DNA of 64,000 nucleotides from Candidatus Nitrosopolaris wilkensis (GTDB taxonomy: Archaea; Thermoproteota; Nitrososphaeria; Nitrososphaerales; Nitrososphaeraceae), in NCBI GenBank assembly GCA_003176995.1, contig QHBN01000123.1:11569-75568 (forward strand). Direction: 5' to 3'. Positions 9,696 through 19,716 of this stretch are shown here, one piece after another. The translations under genes were made by a program, and so were the position numbers. The notes beneath the pieces are model-generated. The model was not told the DNA's origin, made no database searches, and saw only the letters and a list, made by a program, of their open reading frames with translations. The stretch's first letter is position 1; every line of letters begins with the position of its first letter.

Positions 9696-11861
9696 TTAGT
9701 GAATTAGCAGCATATGGGAGGACCCACAGAACTCGCATCTTTCCTGATATCTCGAACCTGATCTTTTTCCACAGCTATTGCATACCATGAGCTTCACCAT
9801 CGGACGGAAAAATGGGATACTCGAGGCTGCTTCGATTGCTTTCTTTAGTTGCACATGATTAGAAGCAAGTTCTGTTACATCAAGAGTTATAGACAAGCCA
9901 CCACTCAGAAGCTTATCAACTGAAAGACACTCTTCTATTAGAGACCCAGAATTATCATCATTGGGCATCAGTAATTGCTCACCATACAAGGTTAATCCCT
10001 GAGAATACGTCGTAGAGTTTTGTTGAGTCGACTGCAAATATGCCCTGCCATATTTATCAGAATCCAAAGCTGCAAATCTAGTAGCGCTGTCATCTGCTAT
10101 CATTGCAACACCAACCGAGCCTTCCCCAATATATCTTCCCTGATCGAGAGCAACGTCTACAGAAGTCTTCAGTACCTTTTGTAAAACCTCCGTTCCATTG
10201 TTCTTAGAATGGTGTCCCAAAATATCATTTACAGATTCTCGGGCACCTATAAGGTTAATTATGATGTTGGTCGTTCCTGATTGAATAAAGTCGGAATTGC
10301 CACTGAGGGCAGGAGCAGTGCCTTTTCTAATGAGCTCTGCTACAGCCTTCTTTCTTATGTAGAGCGCCGCTAGCGCCGGCTTGATCATCAGAGCGAGTCT
10401 AGCTCGGAAATAAGTTTCATCTTTGTTCGACTGATATGCAAGCCTTGGAAGATTAATAGAGAGCGATTGCAAAGTTATAACGGTGCCGGAACTTTTGCCT
10501 CTTATTGATTTGCGGATACCGCTACTCGCTCTTAATCCGTCATCATGTGAAAGTGAGATAATTCCTCCACTTCTTACCAAAGACGCGATAGGGTCTAGAT
10601 GATATCTAAGTTGATTTTGCTGATCACTCATATCACCATAGATTAATGATATGCCAATGCGTGGTACGGGAGTAGAATCTACATATTTCTGATAACCGTT
10701 CAATAACGCGGTAACCGACGTCGCATCGTGCCCATCAGCTGGAATTGTTATCGTGGTGGCGGGTAATCCTGACTGAGTGTACCTAGGAGCTATCGAAGAC
10801 AACATGAGAGCCTTAGCAAATCGTGAACTAATTTCAGCAGGTTCTTTCGTTTGTTCTAAAATCATTGGAATAATCCCTTCAAGAACCACTTCTGTTGAAG
10901 CTTCTCTGCTCAGAAGAGAAATCAATAACGACAGGTAGGTCTCGAAGTCGTTCGAGTTATTGATATTAGGCAAAGGCATCCTTGATACGTTCAAGAATTT
11001 CCCCTTAAGATCCAGAGCGTTCTCACGGAAGTTAGTAATGTCTAGAAAAATCGTGTCCGGAATTAGGCCCCAAGTGCCGCTATTTGAAATATTAATCTCA
11101 CCAGCCAAATGCATATCTGCAATGTCTTTCGGAAGAGTATTGATTAGGAGGTATTCAGAGAATATTGACTGCGAGGCTTTTGACATCAGAGTTTCAAGCC
11201 CATTCTTTGCCGCGTCTGCATTACTTAACATCTCAACAATGTCAGATGCGGGAAGGCCTAATCTCGCCAATTTATTTCTATATTCCTCATGCCCATGTTC
11301 AATTAGAACAGAGTTTACCGTTTCTCGAATTAATGATGACGTAAGATAGACGGCCTGAAACTTGTATATCTTATTTTCAACTTCTTCTGTTATCTTATGT
11401 GCTTGCTCAAGGGGCATATTTGCTTCCCTTACTAGTGACTGTATTATCTTATTAGAGTTAAATTCTTCAATGGAAGGTCTTGTAGTCCTAACATACATTT
11501 TACCACTTTCGATTATTGACCTTTCCTCTATCTGTCTTGCAAGGCTTAGCACGAGCTTACCGAGATTAGTAATTGTATAGCGACGCTCTGCTTTGTTGAG
11601 TGCCACCAGGGATTGTCTGAGAAGTTTTCGTAAGTGATATGCGAATTTCCCAGATTCCTTTTTCGATTTAAATCCAGCTAGCGATTTTAACTCGGAGTAT
11701 GTAAGTGGGCCCTTGGAATTCAAAATGCGAAGAATGTCGATTCGATTAGGACTAGCCATAACGGAGAAAATCATCCGGACTCGTTTTGAGGCGGATTCCA
11801 GCACTCCATCTCTTGGAGATTCCGCTTGTATTGGATATTTATCGTGACTCAACTGTTCCAT
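9696..11861 (-). CDS. ArsR-like winged-HTH + ATP cone + degenerate class III RNR (NrdD)-like domain protein
   Basis: N-terminal SPNRIDILRIL..LTYSELK..FAYHLRKL HTH; ATP cone (VRT..EEFNSNKI..L..E); HLAGEINI; SINLPRLA; C-terminal CxxC..CxxC; no glycyl-radical motif. Confidence 0.85.
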   Translation of the reverse strand: MEQLSHDKYPIQAESPRDGVLESASKRVRMIFSVMASPNRIDILRILNSKGPLTYSELKSLAGFKSKKESGKFAYHLRKLLRQSLVALNKAERRYTITNLGKLVLSLARQIEERSIIESGKMYVRTTRPSIEEFNSNKIIQSLVREANMPLEQAHKITEEVENKIYKFQAVYLTSSLIRETVNSVLIEHGHEEYRNKLARLGLPASDIVEMLSNADAAKNGLETLMSKASQSIFSEYLLINTLPKDIADMHLAGEINISNSGTWGLIPDTIFLDITNFRENALDLKGKFLNVSRMPLPNINNSNDFETYLSLLISLLSREASTEVVLEGIIPMILEQTKEPAEISSRFAKALMLSSIAPRYTQSGLPATTITIPADGHDATSVTALLNGYQKYVDSTPVPRIGISLIYGDMSDQQNQLRYHLDPIASLVRSGGIISLSHDDGLRASSGIRKSIRGKSSGTVITLQSLSINLPRLAYQSNKDETYFRARLALMIKPALAALYIRKKAVAELIRKGTAPALSGNSDFIQSGTTNIIINLIGARESVNDILGHHSKNNGTEVLQKVLKTSVDVALDQGRYIGEGSVGVAMIADDSATRFAALDSDKYGRAYLQSTQQNSTTYSQGLTLYGEQLLMPNDDNSGSLIEECLSVDKLLSGGLSITLDVTELASNHVQLKKAIEAASSIPFFRPMVKLMVCNSCGKRSGSRYQERCEFCGSSHMLLIH

Positions 11862-11953
11862 TGCACCCGATATTCAGACTAACTGATTAAAACTACTTTG
11901 TAAATTATATTTTACTAATGGTATAGAAGACAGTAATCTAAAGAGGACTAAGT

Positions 11954-12577
11954 TTAACCTTCTATCATTATTTGACTTTTGTCCGATACCTCTTCCTCAT
12001 AGAACTGCTTATCCATTCTCTTATCCAGAATGGCCGATGGAACTTCAGGAAGTTTTGTCTTTGCTTCATTCTCGAGTATCCCTTCTATCTCATTTAGGAT
12101 TGAAAGAGCGTCTTTATCAACGGGTGTCGAAAACTTACTTCCAACATCCAACTTAATATCTGAATTGACCAAGACATCAGAGGTCATCGTTTGCATTTCG
12201 GAGAACACGCTTGAAGCCGCTGGAATTACCTTGGAGATGTCTCTTTGGATATCCCTGATCATCCCGATAGTAGGGTTGATGGTTTCCAAAACCATGGCAA
12301 ATTCGTTAACAGTACTGAACCGAATTAGCATGACCTCTAGTGCAAGGCCTGCGTTTTGTGTTGTCCGTTGAACATTGCGAATATTTGATAACTCTCCTGC
12401 AAGAGCTTTAGCTCGGGAGTTATTGCCAGACTTTATATTTAATACTATTTGATGTTTAAAATTTTTATCCATTCTTGAGAACTTTTCATCGAGCAGCCTT
12501 AATCGAGCGAGTTGATTATTAACTATTGACGTAGCCTTTTCCATATCGCTTTTGAATTGTTGCTGATGTTGATCCAT
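11954..12577 (-). CDS. cdvB: ESCRT-III/Snf7 family protein (CdvB paralogue)
   Basis: Coiled coil with RAKALAGELSNIR, LE...R..T and the C-terminal IL.E......E...LPEVP. Confidence 0.8.
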   Translation of the reverse strand: MDQHQQQFKSDMEKATSIVNNQLARLRLLDEKFSRMDKNFKHQIVLNIKSGNNSRAKALAGELSNIRNVQRTTQNAGLALEVMLIRFSTVNEFAMVLETINPTIGMIRDIQRDISKVIPAASSVFSEMQTMTSDVLVNSDIKLDVGSKFSTPVDKDALSILNEIEGILENEAKTKLPEVPSAILDKRMDKQFYEEEVSDKSQIMIEG

Positions 12578-12777
12578 TTGTGGATGAATTCAGGTTAATC
12601 GAAAAAATGTTAAGAGCGAGCGTTAAACTCTATATACAAATTGCTATCAAAAAGCTAATCTACCAAATGTGCAGTAGTCCGACGACCCTAATACGGTTCT
12701 TGCTTAACCTAATTTGTATTAGTAGGATGCTAATAGCATTGCTTGTTGTGTGGGTGCAATTAGCGGCATGACATGAT

Positions 12778-13182
12778 CTAGACTTTTTGCAACGTCAAAC
12801 CATGTTTTGGGTGATAATCTAATACTCTGACTCTCGATCCGAGCGGTAGGTCGGAAGCTGATGTTACTCCGGGTAGGAAACCGGATACATTGAAGTCAGT
12901 ACCATCTACACTGAACACAACCCACGCATATGATCCAGCATCCTCAAATCCCTCCGGTGCTACGGCCTGAATTGTGTACGTCAGAACCTTACCTGTTCCT
13001 TCCAACTCGTTACTCTCAGATTTGTGACTAAGGCATTTTTCACAGTAATATACTGTAACAAGCATCAAATGTCCACAACGCGAGCATTTATTGGAAAGTA
13101 TCTTGTGTCTTCGCGCAGCCATTATAAATTTTTCACGAGGACTCGAATCTTGTTCTTGCTGTCTTGTCTTTGACAATTCCAT
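12778..13182 (-). CDS. DUF35 Zn-ribbon/OB-fold protein (thiolase partner)
   Basis: CxxC..CxxC then GKVLTYT..APEGF; abuts the thiolase stop codon. Confidence 0.85.
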   Translation of the reverse strand: MELSKTRQQEQDSSPREKFIMAARRHKILSNKCSRCGHLMLVTVYYCEKCLSHKSESNELEGTGKVLTYTIQAVAPEGFEDAGSYAWVVFSVDGTDFNVSGFLPGVTSASDLPLGSRVRVLDYHPKHGLTLQKV

Positions 13183-14343
13183 TCATTGAACCCTCTTAAA
13201 GATATGAACGGCAGCACTTGCACCAGTAGCCCCGAAGTTATGAGTAAGTGCCACTTCTGCATTCCTAACAGTTCTTTGCTCAGCTTTCCCAGTAAGTTGT
13301 TCGAAAACCTCTACGACCTGACCGATTCCTGTGGCGCCGATTGGATGACCTTTTGATTTTAGTCCACCTGATGGATTAATGGGAATTTCTCCGTCTCTGG
13401 AAGTTGCTCCCTCTCTGACGGCATTGGCTCCGGCTCCTTTCTTAAAGAACCCCAGGTCCTCTATATCAATAAGCTCAGCGATTGTAAAACAGTCATGTAC
13501 TTCAGCAAAATCGATATCCTTTGCTGTGATGCCTGCCATTTTGTATGCCTGCTGGGCCGCGGCTACGGTACTTGGGATAGTTGTAATATCATCACGACCC
13601 TGGACGGCAGCCGGAGATGCACCTCTACCTGAGCCAATCACCTCAATAAAAGGCCTACCACTTTTCTTCGCAAAATCTTCACTACAAAGTATGATTGCCG
13701 AAGCCCCATCAGAAAACGGACAGCAGTCATAGAGCTTTAAAGGCGAAGCCACGGCAGGAGATTTCAATACGTCGTCAATCGTAATTTTTTTCCTGACATG
13801 AGCTTTTGGGTTCAAAATTCCATTTTCGTGATTCTTTACTGCAACGCGTGCGAGGTCTTCCTCGCTCGCCTTATATTTAGCCATATACGACCTAGCAATT
13901 GACGCGAATAATCCGGGGAACGAAGCACCATTTCCGCCTTCGTAAAAGAAATCTGAACAATAAGAGAACAAAGTAGTACTCTGGATTGTTCCAGTATGCG
14001 TTATTTTCTCGACGCCTAATCCTAAAATGCAATCATAGAATCCAGCGGCTACGTTCGCGTATGCTTCTCTAAACATAATAGAACCTGAACCACATGCCGA
14101 TTCTATTGTTAATCCTGGCACCTCTGGGAGACCCAGGTTACTCATAATGACTGGTGCCATATGGACTTGCCTATCGGTCACCCCAAAAACATTTGAAATG
14201 TACCCTGCCTGAATATCCTTAGGTGTAATACCAGCTGAATCAATTGCGTCTATAGACGCCTTCAATGCAATTTCGATAATGCCTTCGTTTAATTTACCGT
14301 ATTTGGTACTGCCTGCACCGAGAACGCAAACCTTATTTTGCAT
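13183..14343 (-). CDS. Acetyl-CoA acetyltransferase (thiolase, archaeal SCP2-type)
   Basis: ESACGSG, AEVHDCF, NPSGGL.SKGHPIGATG. Confidence 0.92.
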   Translation of the reverse strand: MQNKVCVLGAGSTKYGKLNEGIIEIALKASIDAIDSAGITPKDIQAGYISNVFGVTDRQVHMAPVIMSNLGLPEVPGLTIESACGSGSIMFREAYANVAAGFYDCILGLGVEKITHTGTIQSTTLFSYCSDFFYEGGNGASFPGLFASIARSYMAKYKASEEDLARVAVKNHENGILNPKAHVRKKITIDDVLKSPAVASPLKLYDCCPFSDGASAIILCSEDFAKKSGRPFIEVIGSGRGASPAAVQGRDDITTIPSTVAAAQQAYKMAGITAKDIDFAEVHDCFTIAELIDIEDLGFFKKGAGANAVREGATSRDGEIPINPSGGLKSKGHPIGATGIGQVVEVFEQLTGKAEQRTVRNAEVALTHNFGATGASAAVHIFKRVQ

Positions 14344-14366
14344 TTATTAAAAACTACCTGTTCGAG

Positions 14367-14375
14367 TTATAAAAA
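14367..14375 (-). promoter_or_regulatory. TATA box of the thiolase-DUF35 operon
   Basis: TTTTTATAA about 25 nt upstream of ATG. Confidence 0.55.
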
Positions 14376-14551
14376 GGTTATAGTAGGCCGGATAACGATG
14401 AATATTCTGTGTCACCGTTCTTTACCAACCAGCGCCAGCCTTGTTGAGCAGTTGATCATTCGAATAGCTGAGAAGGTAGATGTTACTTGCCTTGTGCTGG
14501 AGCTAGAATCGGCACCAATGTCTATTATAAAGAAACAAGACAGCTTGAGCG

Positions 14552-15385
14552 TTATGTGAACGCACTAATATGGTTACGATATACGTCGGTTCGACGATTT
14601 TTCAAAAGAGGAAGTGATTTTCGAACGTTTTGTACTCTAGATATATCGATTTCAACAACTTCCATCCCTTCTCTATTTCCCATGTCCAATATTACCGTAC
14701 CAAATGGGTCTATAACCATGCTCCTTCCGGAGAAGATACTGCCTACTTGATCTGGAGCCGCCATGTAGATGCCATTCTCGATAGATCTGGCTTTGAGAAT
14801 TGTTTCCCAATGTTCTTCCTTCATAACTCCTTGAAACCATGCCGAAGGAGCGGCTAGAATTTCAGCGCCTTGCACTGCTAAGATCCTAGACATTTCGGGA
14901 AAGCGTATATCATAACAAATCATCAAACCAATAGTTCCAGCCGATGTGTGGTTAGGCGCTTCAATACTATCGCCAGCAATCAGTTTAAGAGATTCTTTGG
15001 ATCCTAACGCATCATATAGATGTACTTTTCGATAATGTGAGATGATTTTTCCTTTACTGTTTATCAAAACAGCCGTGTCATATACACGATTTTCAGAAAG
15101 TCTATCGCTTTTTTCATAGATTGTTGCCACAATGTTGATATTATAGCTCCTTGCTGTGCTACATAGTTTCAAGATAAATTTGCCGTTTTTCGCTGACTCT
15201 GCTATCTCCGCCAATTGTTTCGAAGATTGCCTAGCTGAAAACGCCATCTGAAATTCAGGGAAGCATATCAGACGTGCCTTCCTTCTTGCCGCTTCTTTGA
15301 TAAAATCTACCGAAATCTTTAGATTTTCTTCTTTGTTCGACGATGACTTCATTTGCACGATTGCGACACGGTGCGACATTCCCAT
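14552..15385 (-). CDS. Carbon-nitrogen hydrolase (Nit1/nitrilase family amidase)
   Basis: Catalytic triad motifs FPE, YRKVHL, ICYDIRFPE; ARSIEN. Confidence 0.9.
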   Translation of the reverse strand: MGMSHRVAIVQMKSSSNKEENLKISVDFIKEAARRKARLICFPEFQMAFSARQSSKQLAEIAESAKNGKFILKLCSTARSYNINIVATIYEKSDRLSENRVYDTAVLINSKGKIISHYRKVHLYDALGSKESLKLIAGDSIEAPNHTSAGTIGLMICYDIRFPEMSRILAVQGAEILAAPSAWFQGVMKEEHWETILKARSIENGIYMAAPDQVGSIFSGRSMVIDPFGTVILDMGNREGMEVVEIDISRVQNVRKSLPLLKNRRTDVYRNHISAFT

Positions 15386-15722
15386 AATCTACCACTCGAT
15401 CACAAAATTAAAAGTGTGTTGGTCAAAGAGGCTCGCCTGTGATAAATAAGTTTTGTCTTGGCTTCGTTAAATAATACAATTACATGGCCAAAGAGCTGTA
15501 TTGTAAGATCAGTCACTGCCCTTTGCAAATTCCTATCAGTATCTATAGTAAACAATTAGGCAAAGGTGAACGTGACATATAAAAATCATTCATCCAGTAT
15601 CTAATTGACAATCCTATTGGTACTGCTGAGACGCGTCATCAACCATACTCATGGGAATCATGTGACTCTACTTCAGGCTTCATTGCCTCTTAAGTATACA
15701 AAAATCTGAACAAATTCGTTTG

Positions 15723-16295
15723 TTACTCTTTTATTAGGAGCGCATAAATTCCCCCAACTGCATAAGCTAAACCTATCAAGATTCGAGATAAAAAAACAGC
15801 AAGATCATGCTTCGAAACAAATAGAGTCATATCAATCAATATCGAAATAGGAACCGAAGCAAGAGAAATCAAACCGACGATCATTTGTTCACGGTTGTTA
15901 AGGCCATTGTATTTTTTCATCAGTAGATAAGTAGACAAATTCCCTAAGCCTATGCCGACGAGGATCAGGTACTGGTACATTGACGGAAACACGCCTATCA
16001 AAGCGAAGGGAGTAGCCCAACATAGTCCGTTTATAGCCTTTGCACTAGAAGGCCATTTCATACTATTTCTCATTCGAGTGCGTACAGAAACAATCACTCT
16101 ACGAAATTTCCTAAAATTTGCTCCAAATGTAACTCCGAAACTAGCCAGCCAAACTAGAGCAATATAATATACTGGAGCGTTATATTTGGCTGCGACTTCA
16201 CTAAGAAGCGTGCCAACGACTACTGCGACGGATACGGCTATAAAAAGTAGCCCGAAAGCCTTTTTCGCCTCTAGCGTTTGCGAATCTCTTTGCAC
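15723..16295 (-). CDS. Hypothetical multi-pass membrane protein
   Basis: About 6 hydrophobic segments. Confidence 0.7.
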   Translation of the reverse strand: MQRDSQTLEAKKAFGLLFIAVSVAVVVGTLLSEVAAKYNAPVYYIALVWLASFGVTFGANFRKFRRVIVSVRTRMRNSMKWPSSAKAINGLCWATPFALIGVFPSMYQYLILVGIGLGNLSTYLLMKKYNGLNNREQMIVGLISLASVPISILIDMTLFVSKHDLAVFLSRILIGLAYAVGGIYALLIKE

Positions 16296-16633
16296 GAACG
16301 AGGAAACTCGATAATTATAATTTATGAATGTTTACATTCAAACTGCATGAACCTTCTATACGGACAATGACATGATATTAACAGGCTTCCAACGAAAAAA
16401 TCCTAGTCTCAGCCTGGTCATATTCGCTCCTGCTAAATCTTTCAAATCTTATTTATGTACCATGAGCAAAATACAAACCCAATCGAAATTTGAACATGTT
16501 TTTAGACTGTCTGCATCTTAACAAAATATGTTCACCTCCTCGAATGTTGTATACTAGCATAGGTGCTAGTCTCTTCCAAATGCTTGTAGCAATCTTCGTT
16601 ATTTGTAGCTGTTATCGCGTGTAGATGAGGATG

Positions 16634-16664
16634 CTTAGAATTATTCCGAAAACTTAGAATTATT
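16634..16664 (+). repeat. 12-bp direct repeat CTTAGAATTATT x2 just upstream of the cupin gene
   Basis: Exact copies at 16634-16645 and 16653-16664. Confidence 0.6.
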
Positions 16665-16673
16665 GTTCTAGTT

Positions 16674-17117
16674 ATGGAGTTATATGATTACGACCTCACA
16701 ATTAATATGATAGTCGGTAGAAACTGGAGAGATGTTTATCCTACTATAGCACACAAGAGCGGGGTCGATTGGAGATTACTTTCTATGGTTAACAAAACCA
16801 GCGGCGACATAGATGCTGAGGTTGAAGAAAAACATAAGTGCCTTAAAGCGATCACGTACGTTTCTTCATCTCACTTACAGCCCACTCTTTCCTACGAAAC
16901 GCATCAGCACCAGGATCATGAAGAATTGTATTATATTATCAACGGAAAGGGCAAGATCAGAATAGGGTACGGAGAAAGTCTGTTCAGAGACAGAGACATT
17001 ATCTATATTCCAGAAAGAACGGAGCATACCATAACAAATAACGGCGAAGAGACGATCGAGTTCTTGGCATTTGGCGGATTCATGGACATAAATTCCCAAT
17101 ACGAAAAATTAGCATAA
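16674..17117 (+). CDS. Cupin domain protein
   Basis: HQHQDHEELYYIINGKG and DIIYIP..TEH cupin motifs. Confidence 0.85.
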   Translation: MELYDYDLTINMIVGRNWRDVYPTIAHKSGVDWRLLSMVNKTSGDIDAEVEEKHKCLKAITYVSSSHLQPTLSYETHQHQDHEELYYIINGKGKIRIGYGESLFRDRDIIYIPERTEHTITNNGEETIEFLAFGGFMDINSQYEKLA

Positions 17118-17197
17118 ATGCCCCATGGATTAACTGTGAAGGAAATTTAGTTTAAGCACCACCTTGACTTATTTCTTCTAGAAAGAATGAAATATTA

Positions 17198-18169
17198 CTA
17201 GACTTTATGTTTTGAAAGTTTTTTTGCCATAACGTAGTCTACAAAATAAAACAAATAAGCTCTTTCATTTATTTTTATTATCCACGGTATATGAGATTCT
17301 GTCTTAGTCTTTTGCACTAATTCAAAACCTGAATTCTCTACCATGGTCCTGAAGATCTGGGCATCAACTTTTTGACTTGGGTGTGACTGTCGGTTATAAT
17401 CGTAAGGGTCAGCGAATAAGACTAGCGCATGAGGCTTTAATAGCCAGTGGATAGATGAAAGTAGGTCAGTCGCTTGGACAAATTCTAATAAATTAAGTGC
17501 TAGTATCAGGTCAAATTTCATATAATTAAATGGCGCGTGTAATGAATCTGCTACACAAAACTCAACATTTTCTTGTTGCGACGTCACCAATCTTCTCCTG
17601 GCCTCCTTGATAAAGGAGAAGGATAGATCAATACCAACTACAAACGCATACTTTTTTGCGAGCTGTAGGGTACTATATCCCATAGAACACCCCATATCAA
17701 GAGCAATTCCATCCGTTTTTGGGCTGACTGCATGCACGATTCTGTTATAGAATTCATTCGGCTTTATGTGCCATTTGAGTGTACTTAGAAGTCTATCCTC
17801 AGACGAATGATCATATTGAACCCATCGATAGGGAACAAACCAGGGTCCTCCTTCTTCATATCGATCATTCATGGCTTGCCCTGACGTAATCTGCCCTCCA
17901 TAGGCTTTGAGAAAGTTTTTCATCTTGTCCGTTTTGCTATTCAGTATCAAGTTGCCGAAAGTTGCCACACGACACTCGGCGTATTTTACAAAGTTTTTTA
18001 CTACTATCGCTACTCCTTCTACTATTGGGTACATTGTTTGACATGTATCGCATTTAAGAAAGCCCTCTTCACATTCATTATCTTTGCCTTGAAAAGACTC
18101 CAATGAAAGACGAATTTGTTTATCAGTATGTTGTGGACATACTAAATGGCGGGAGAATTGTGTTCTCAT
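17198..18169 (-). CDS. Class I SAM-dependent methyltransferase with N-terminal Trm112-like domain
   Basis: [20 protein letters not shown]; [21 protein letters not shown]. Confidence 0.82.
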   Translation of the reverse strand: MRTQFSRHLVCPQHTDKQIRLSLESFQGKDNECEEGFLKCDTCQTMYPIVEGVAIVVKNFVKYAECRVATFGNLILNSKTDKMKNFLKAYGGQITSGQAMNDRYEEGGPWFVPYRWVQYDHSSEDRLLSTLKWHIKPNEFYNRIVHAVSPKTDGIALDMGCSMGYSTLQLAKKYAFVVGIDLSFSFIKEARRRLVTSQQENVEFCVADSLHAPFNYMKFDLILALNLLEFVQATDLLSSIHWLLKPHALVLFADPYDYNRQSHPSQKVDAQIFRTMVENSGFELVQKTKTESHIPWIIKINERAYLFYFVDYVMAKKLSKHKV

Positions 18170-18306
18170 TTTTTTTCCTAATTAAGTACTCAAGGAACTC
18201 TATTGAAAGTTAACTGAATAAACTGGCAACTTTCGGTGTTAAGAGTACCCATTACATTGACCTTAATTCCTAACTGTCATCTGTCATCTCTTAATAACAT
18301 TCGTTT

Positions 18307-18447
18307 CTAGAGGGTATAGTCGCAAAGGCAGACCCGTTTGTCACAACAAGGGCATCTGTTAGTAGTGCTAATTAGCCGGCATACTTTATTGTGGGTCTCA
18401 CATGTTATTGGTCGTGAGGAATTGATGTCTTCACTATCAACCTGCAT
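18307..18447 (-). CDS. Cys-rich microprotein (46 aa, putative metal-binding), below the ORF-track cutoff
   Basis: MQVDSEDINSSRPITCETHNKVCRLISTTNRCPCCDKRVCLCDYTL*; alternative in-frame ATG at 18456. Confidence 0.55.
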   Translation of the reverse strand: MQVDSEDINSSRPITCETHNKVCRLISTTNRCPCCDKRVCLCDYTL

Positions 18448-18715
18448 ATAGAACATTAAATGATCTGCAGCTTAATCTAAGATGCAAGCTAAATTAGCGA
18501 AGTCAGCTAAAAATATTCTACAATACACTATCCGACTGAAAGGTCTTTCTAAGAGACTAACCCTATTTATTCGGCAATTTCATTAAGTTGATCTGCACTA
18601 AGTAGTAACTTACTCTGATCCGTCCCTTTGAGGAATTTTCAGATAGAATGTCTTTCATTGCGCCGTAGTTACGAACATCGATGAACTGCTATTTGTAGAA
18701 TCTTACCGAAATTGT

Positions 18716-19008
18716 CTAGGTTTGTTTGTTGCTGTTCACAGTATTATTCTTAACGTCTCTAAGCGAGGGGGGAGTGAGGTGTGCCTTAGGATCGGTTATG
18801 ATAGGCTGAGGTGGCAGGCCATAATGCTGCATTAACGTTTTCTGTTGGTGTATTCAAGTGTCTGAAGAGTAGGTTGGTCCTATATGTCCAAACCATACCC
18901 ATAAAATTACTACCGTAGCAAGCGAATCCACATAACTAGAATCGTCAAACCAACAGGGATAAGGTTGTTGTACCTGCGAAGTGATCGCTCATCAGGAGCT
19001 GCTTCCAT
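18716..19008 (-). pseudogene. Disrupted single-TM hypothetical protein gene
   Basis: MEAAPDERSLRRYNNLIPVGLTILV / frameshift near 18930 / LATVVILWVWFGHIGPTYSSDT*IHQQKTLMQHYGLPPQPIITDPKAHLTPPSLRDVKNN..*; in-frame TGA at 18854-18856. Confidence 0.5.
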
Positions 19009-19139
19009 ATTACCGGGAATTGTTTTATTGCTTTTAAAAATATTGCTTTGATAATGTTTTCGATGCAGATGGGTCGATCAGCTAACCAATCCATATATTT
19101 CAAGATCTGTTATTAAAGTATGAAGCTACGATTAAAATT

Positions 19140-19625
19140 ATGATAGAAGAAAAGCTAAATTTACTTGGCATAACATTGCAAAGGCCTCCGAAGACTGCAG
19201 GCTCTTATGAGCCAGTAGTCAAAACTGGAAGTCTCGTGTTTGTGTCTGGTCAATTGCCTATTGAACTAGGTTCAAATCCTCTAAAAGTCAAATTCAAGGG
19301 AAAGGTGGGCAGAGACATTTCTATAAGTGATGGCAAGCAGGCAGCAAAACTCTGCACCATAAACGCACTAGCGCATATGAAAGATGCACATCATAATCTT
19401 GACGATATAAAACGGTTTGTCAAATTATCCGGCTTTGTCAATAGCGATGCGTCTTTTGGTAGCCACCCTGAAGTTATTAACGGTGCATCGGATTTTCTTG
19501 TAGAGCTTTTCGGTGAAAAAGGGAAGCATAGCAGAGTCGCTGTCGGAATGAGTAGTCTTCCACTCGATAGTGCAGTAGAAATAGATTTTATTATAGAATT
19601 GGACAATGACACTAAGGTATTATAG
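19140..19625 (+). CDS. RidA/YjgF family protein
   Basis: VFVSGQLP, NGASD, HSRVAVG..SLP..AVEI. Confidence 0.9.
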   Translation: MIEEKLNLLGITLQRPPKTAGSYEPVVKTGSLVFVSGQLPIELGSNPLKVKFKGKVGRDISISDGKQAAKLCTINALAHMKDAHHNLDDIKRFVKLSGFVNSDASFGSHPEVINGASDFLVELFGEKGKHSRVAVGMSSLPLDSAVEIDFIIELDNDTKVL

Positions 19626-19716
19626 CTGATTGCGGTAAGTTCATAGTGTCATCTAAAGTCCAGCTGTTATTTCCATGAATATGTCTCCAGTATCTAGCAT
19701 TCTGTGCAGAGAAATC

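Noticed and set aside
9696-11861. Functional anaerobic RNR (nrdD)
   Set aside because: No glycyl-radical motif, no evident catalytic Cys and no nrdG in the window.
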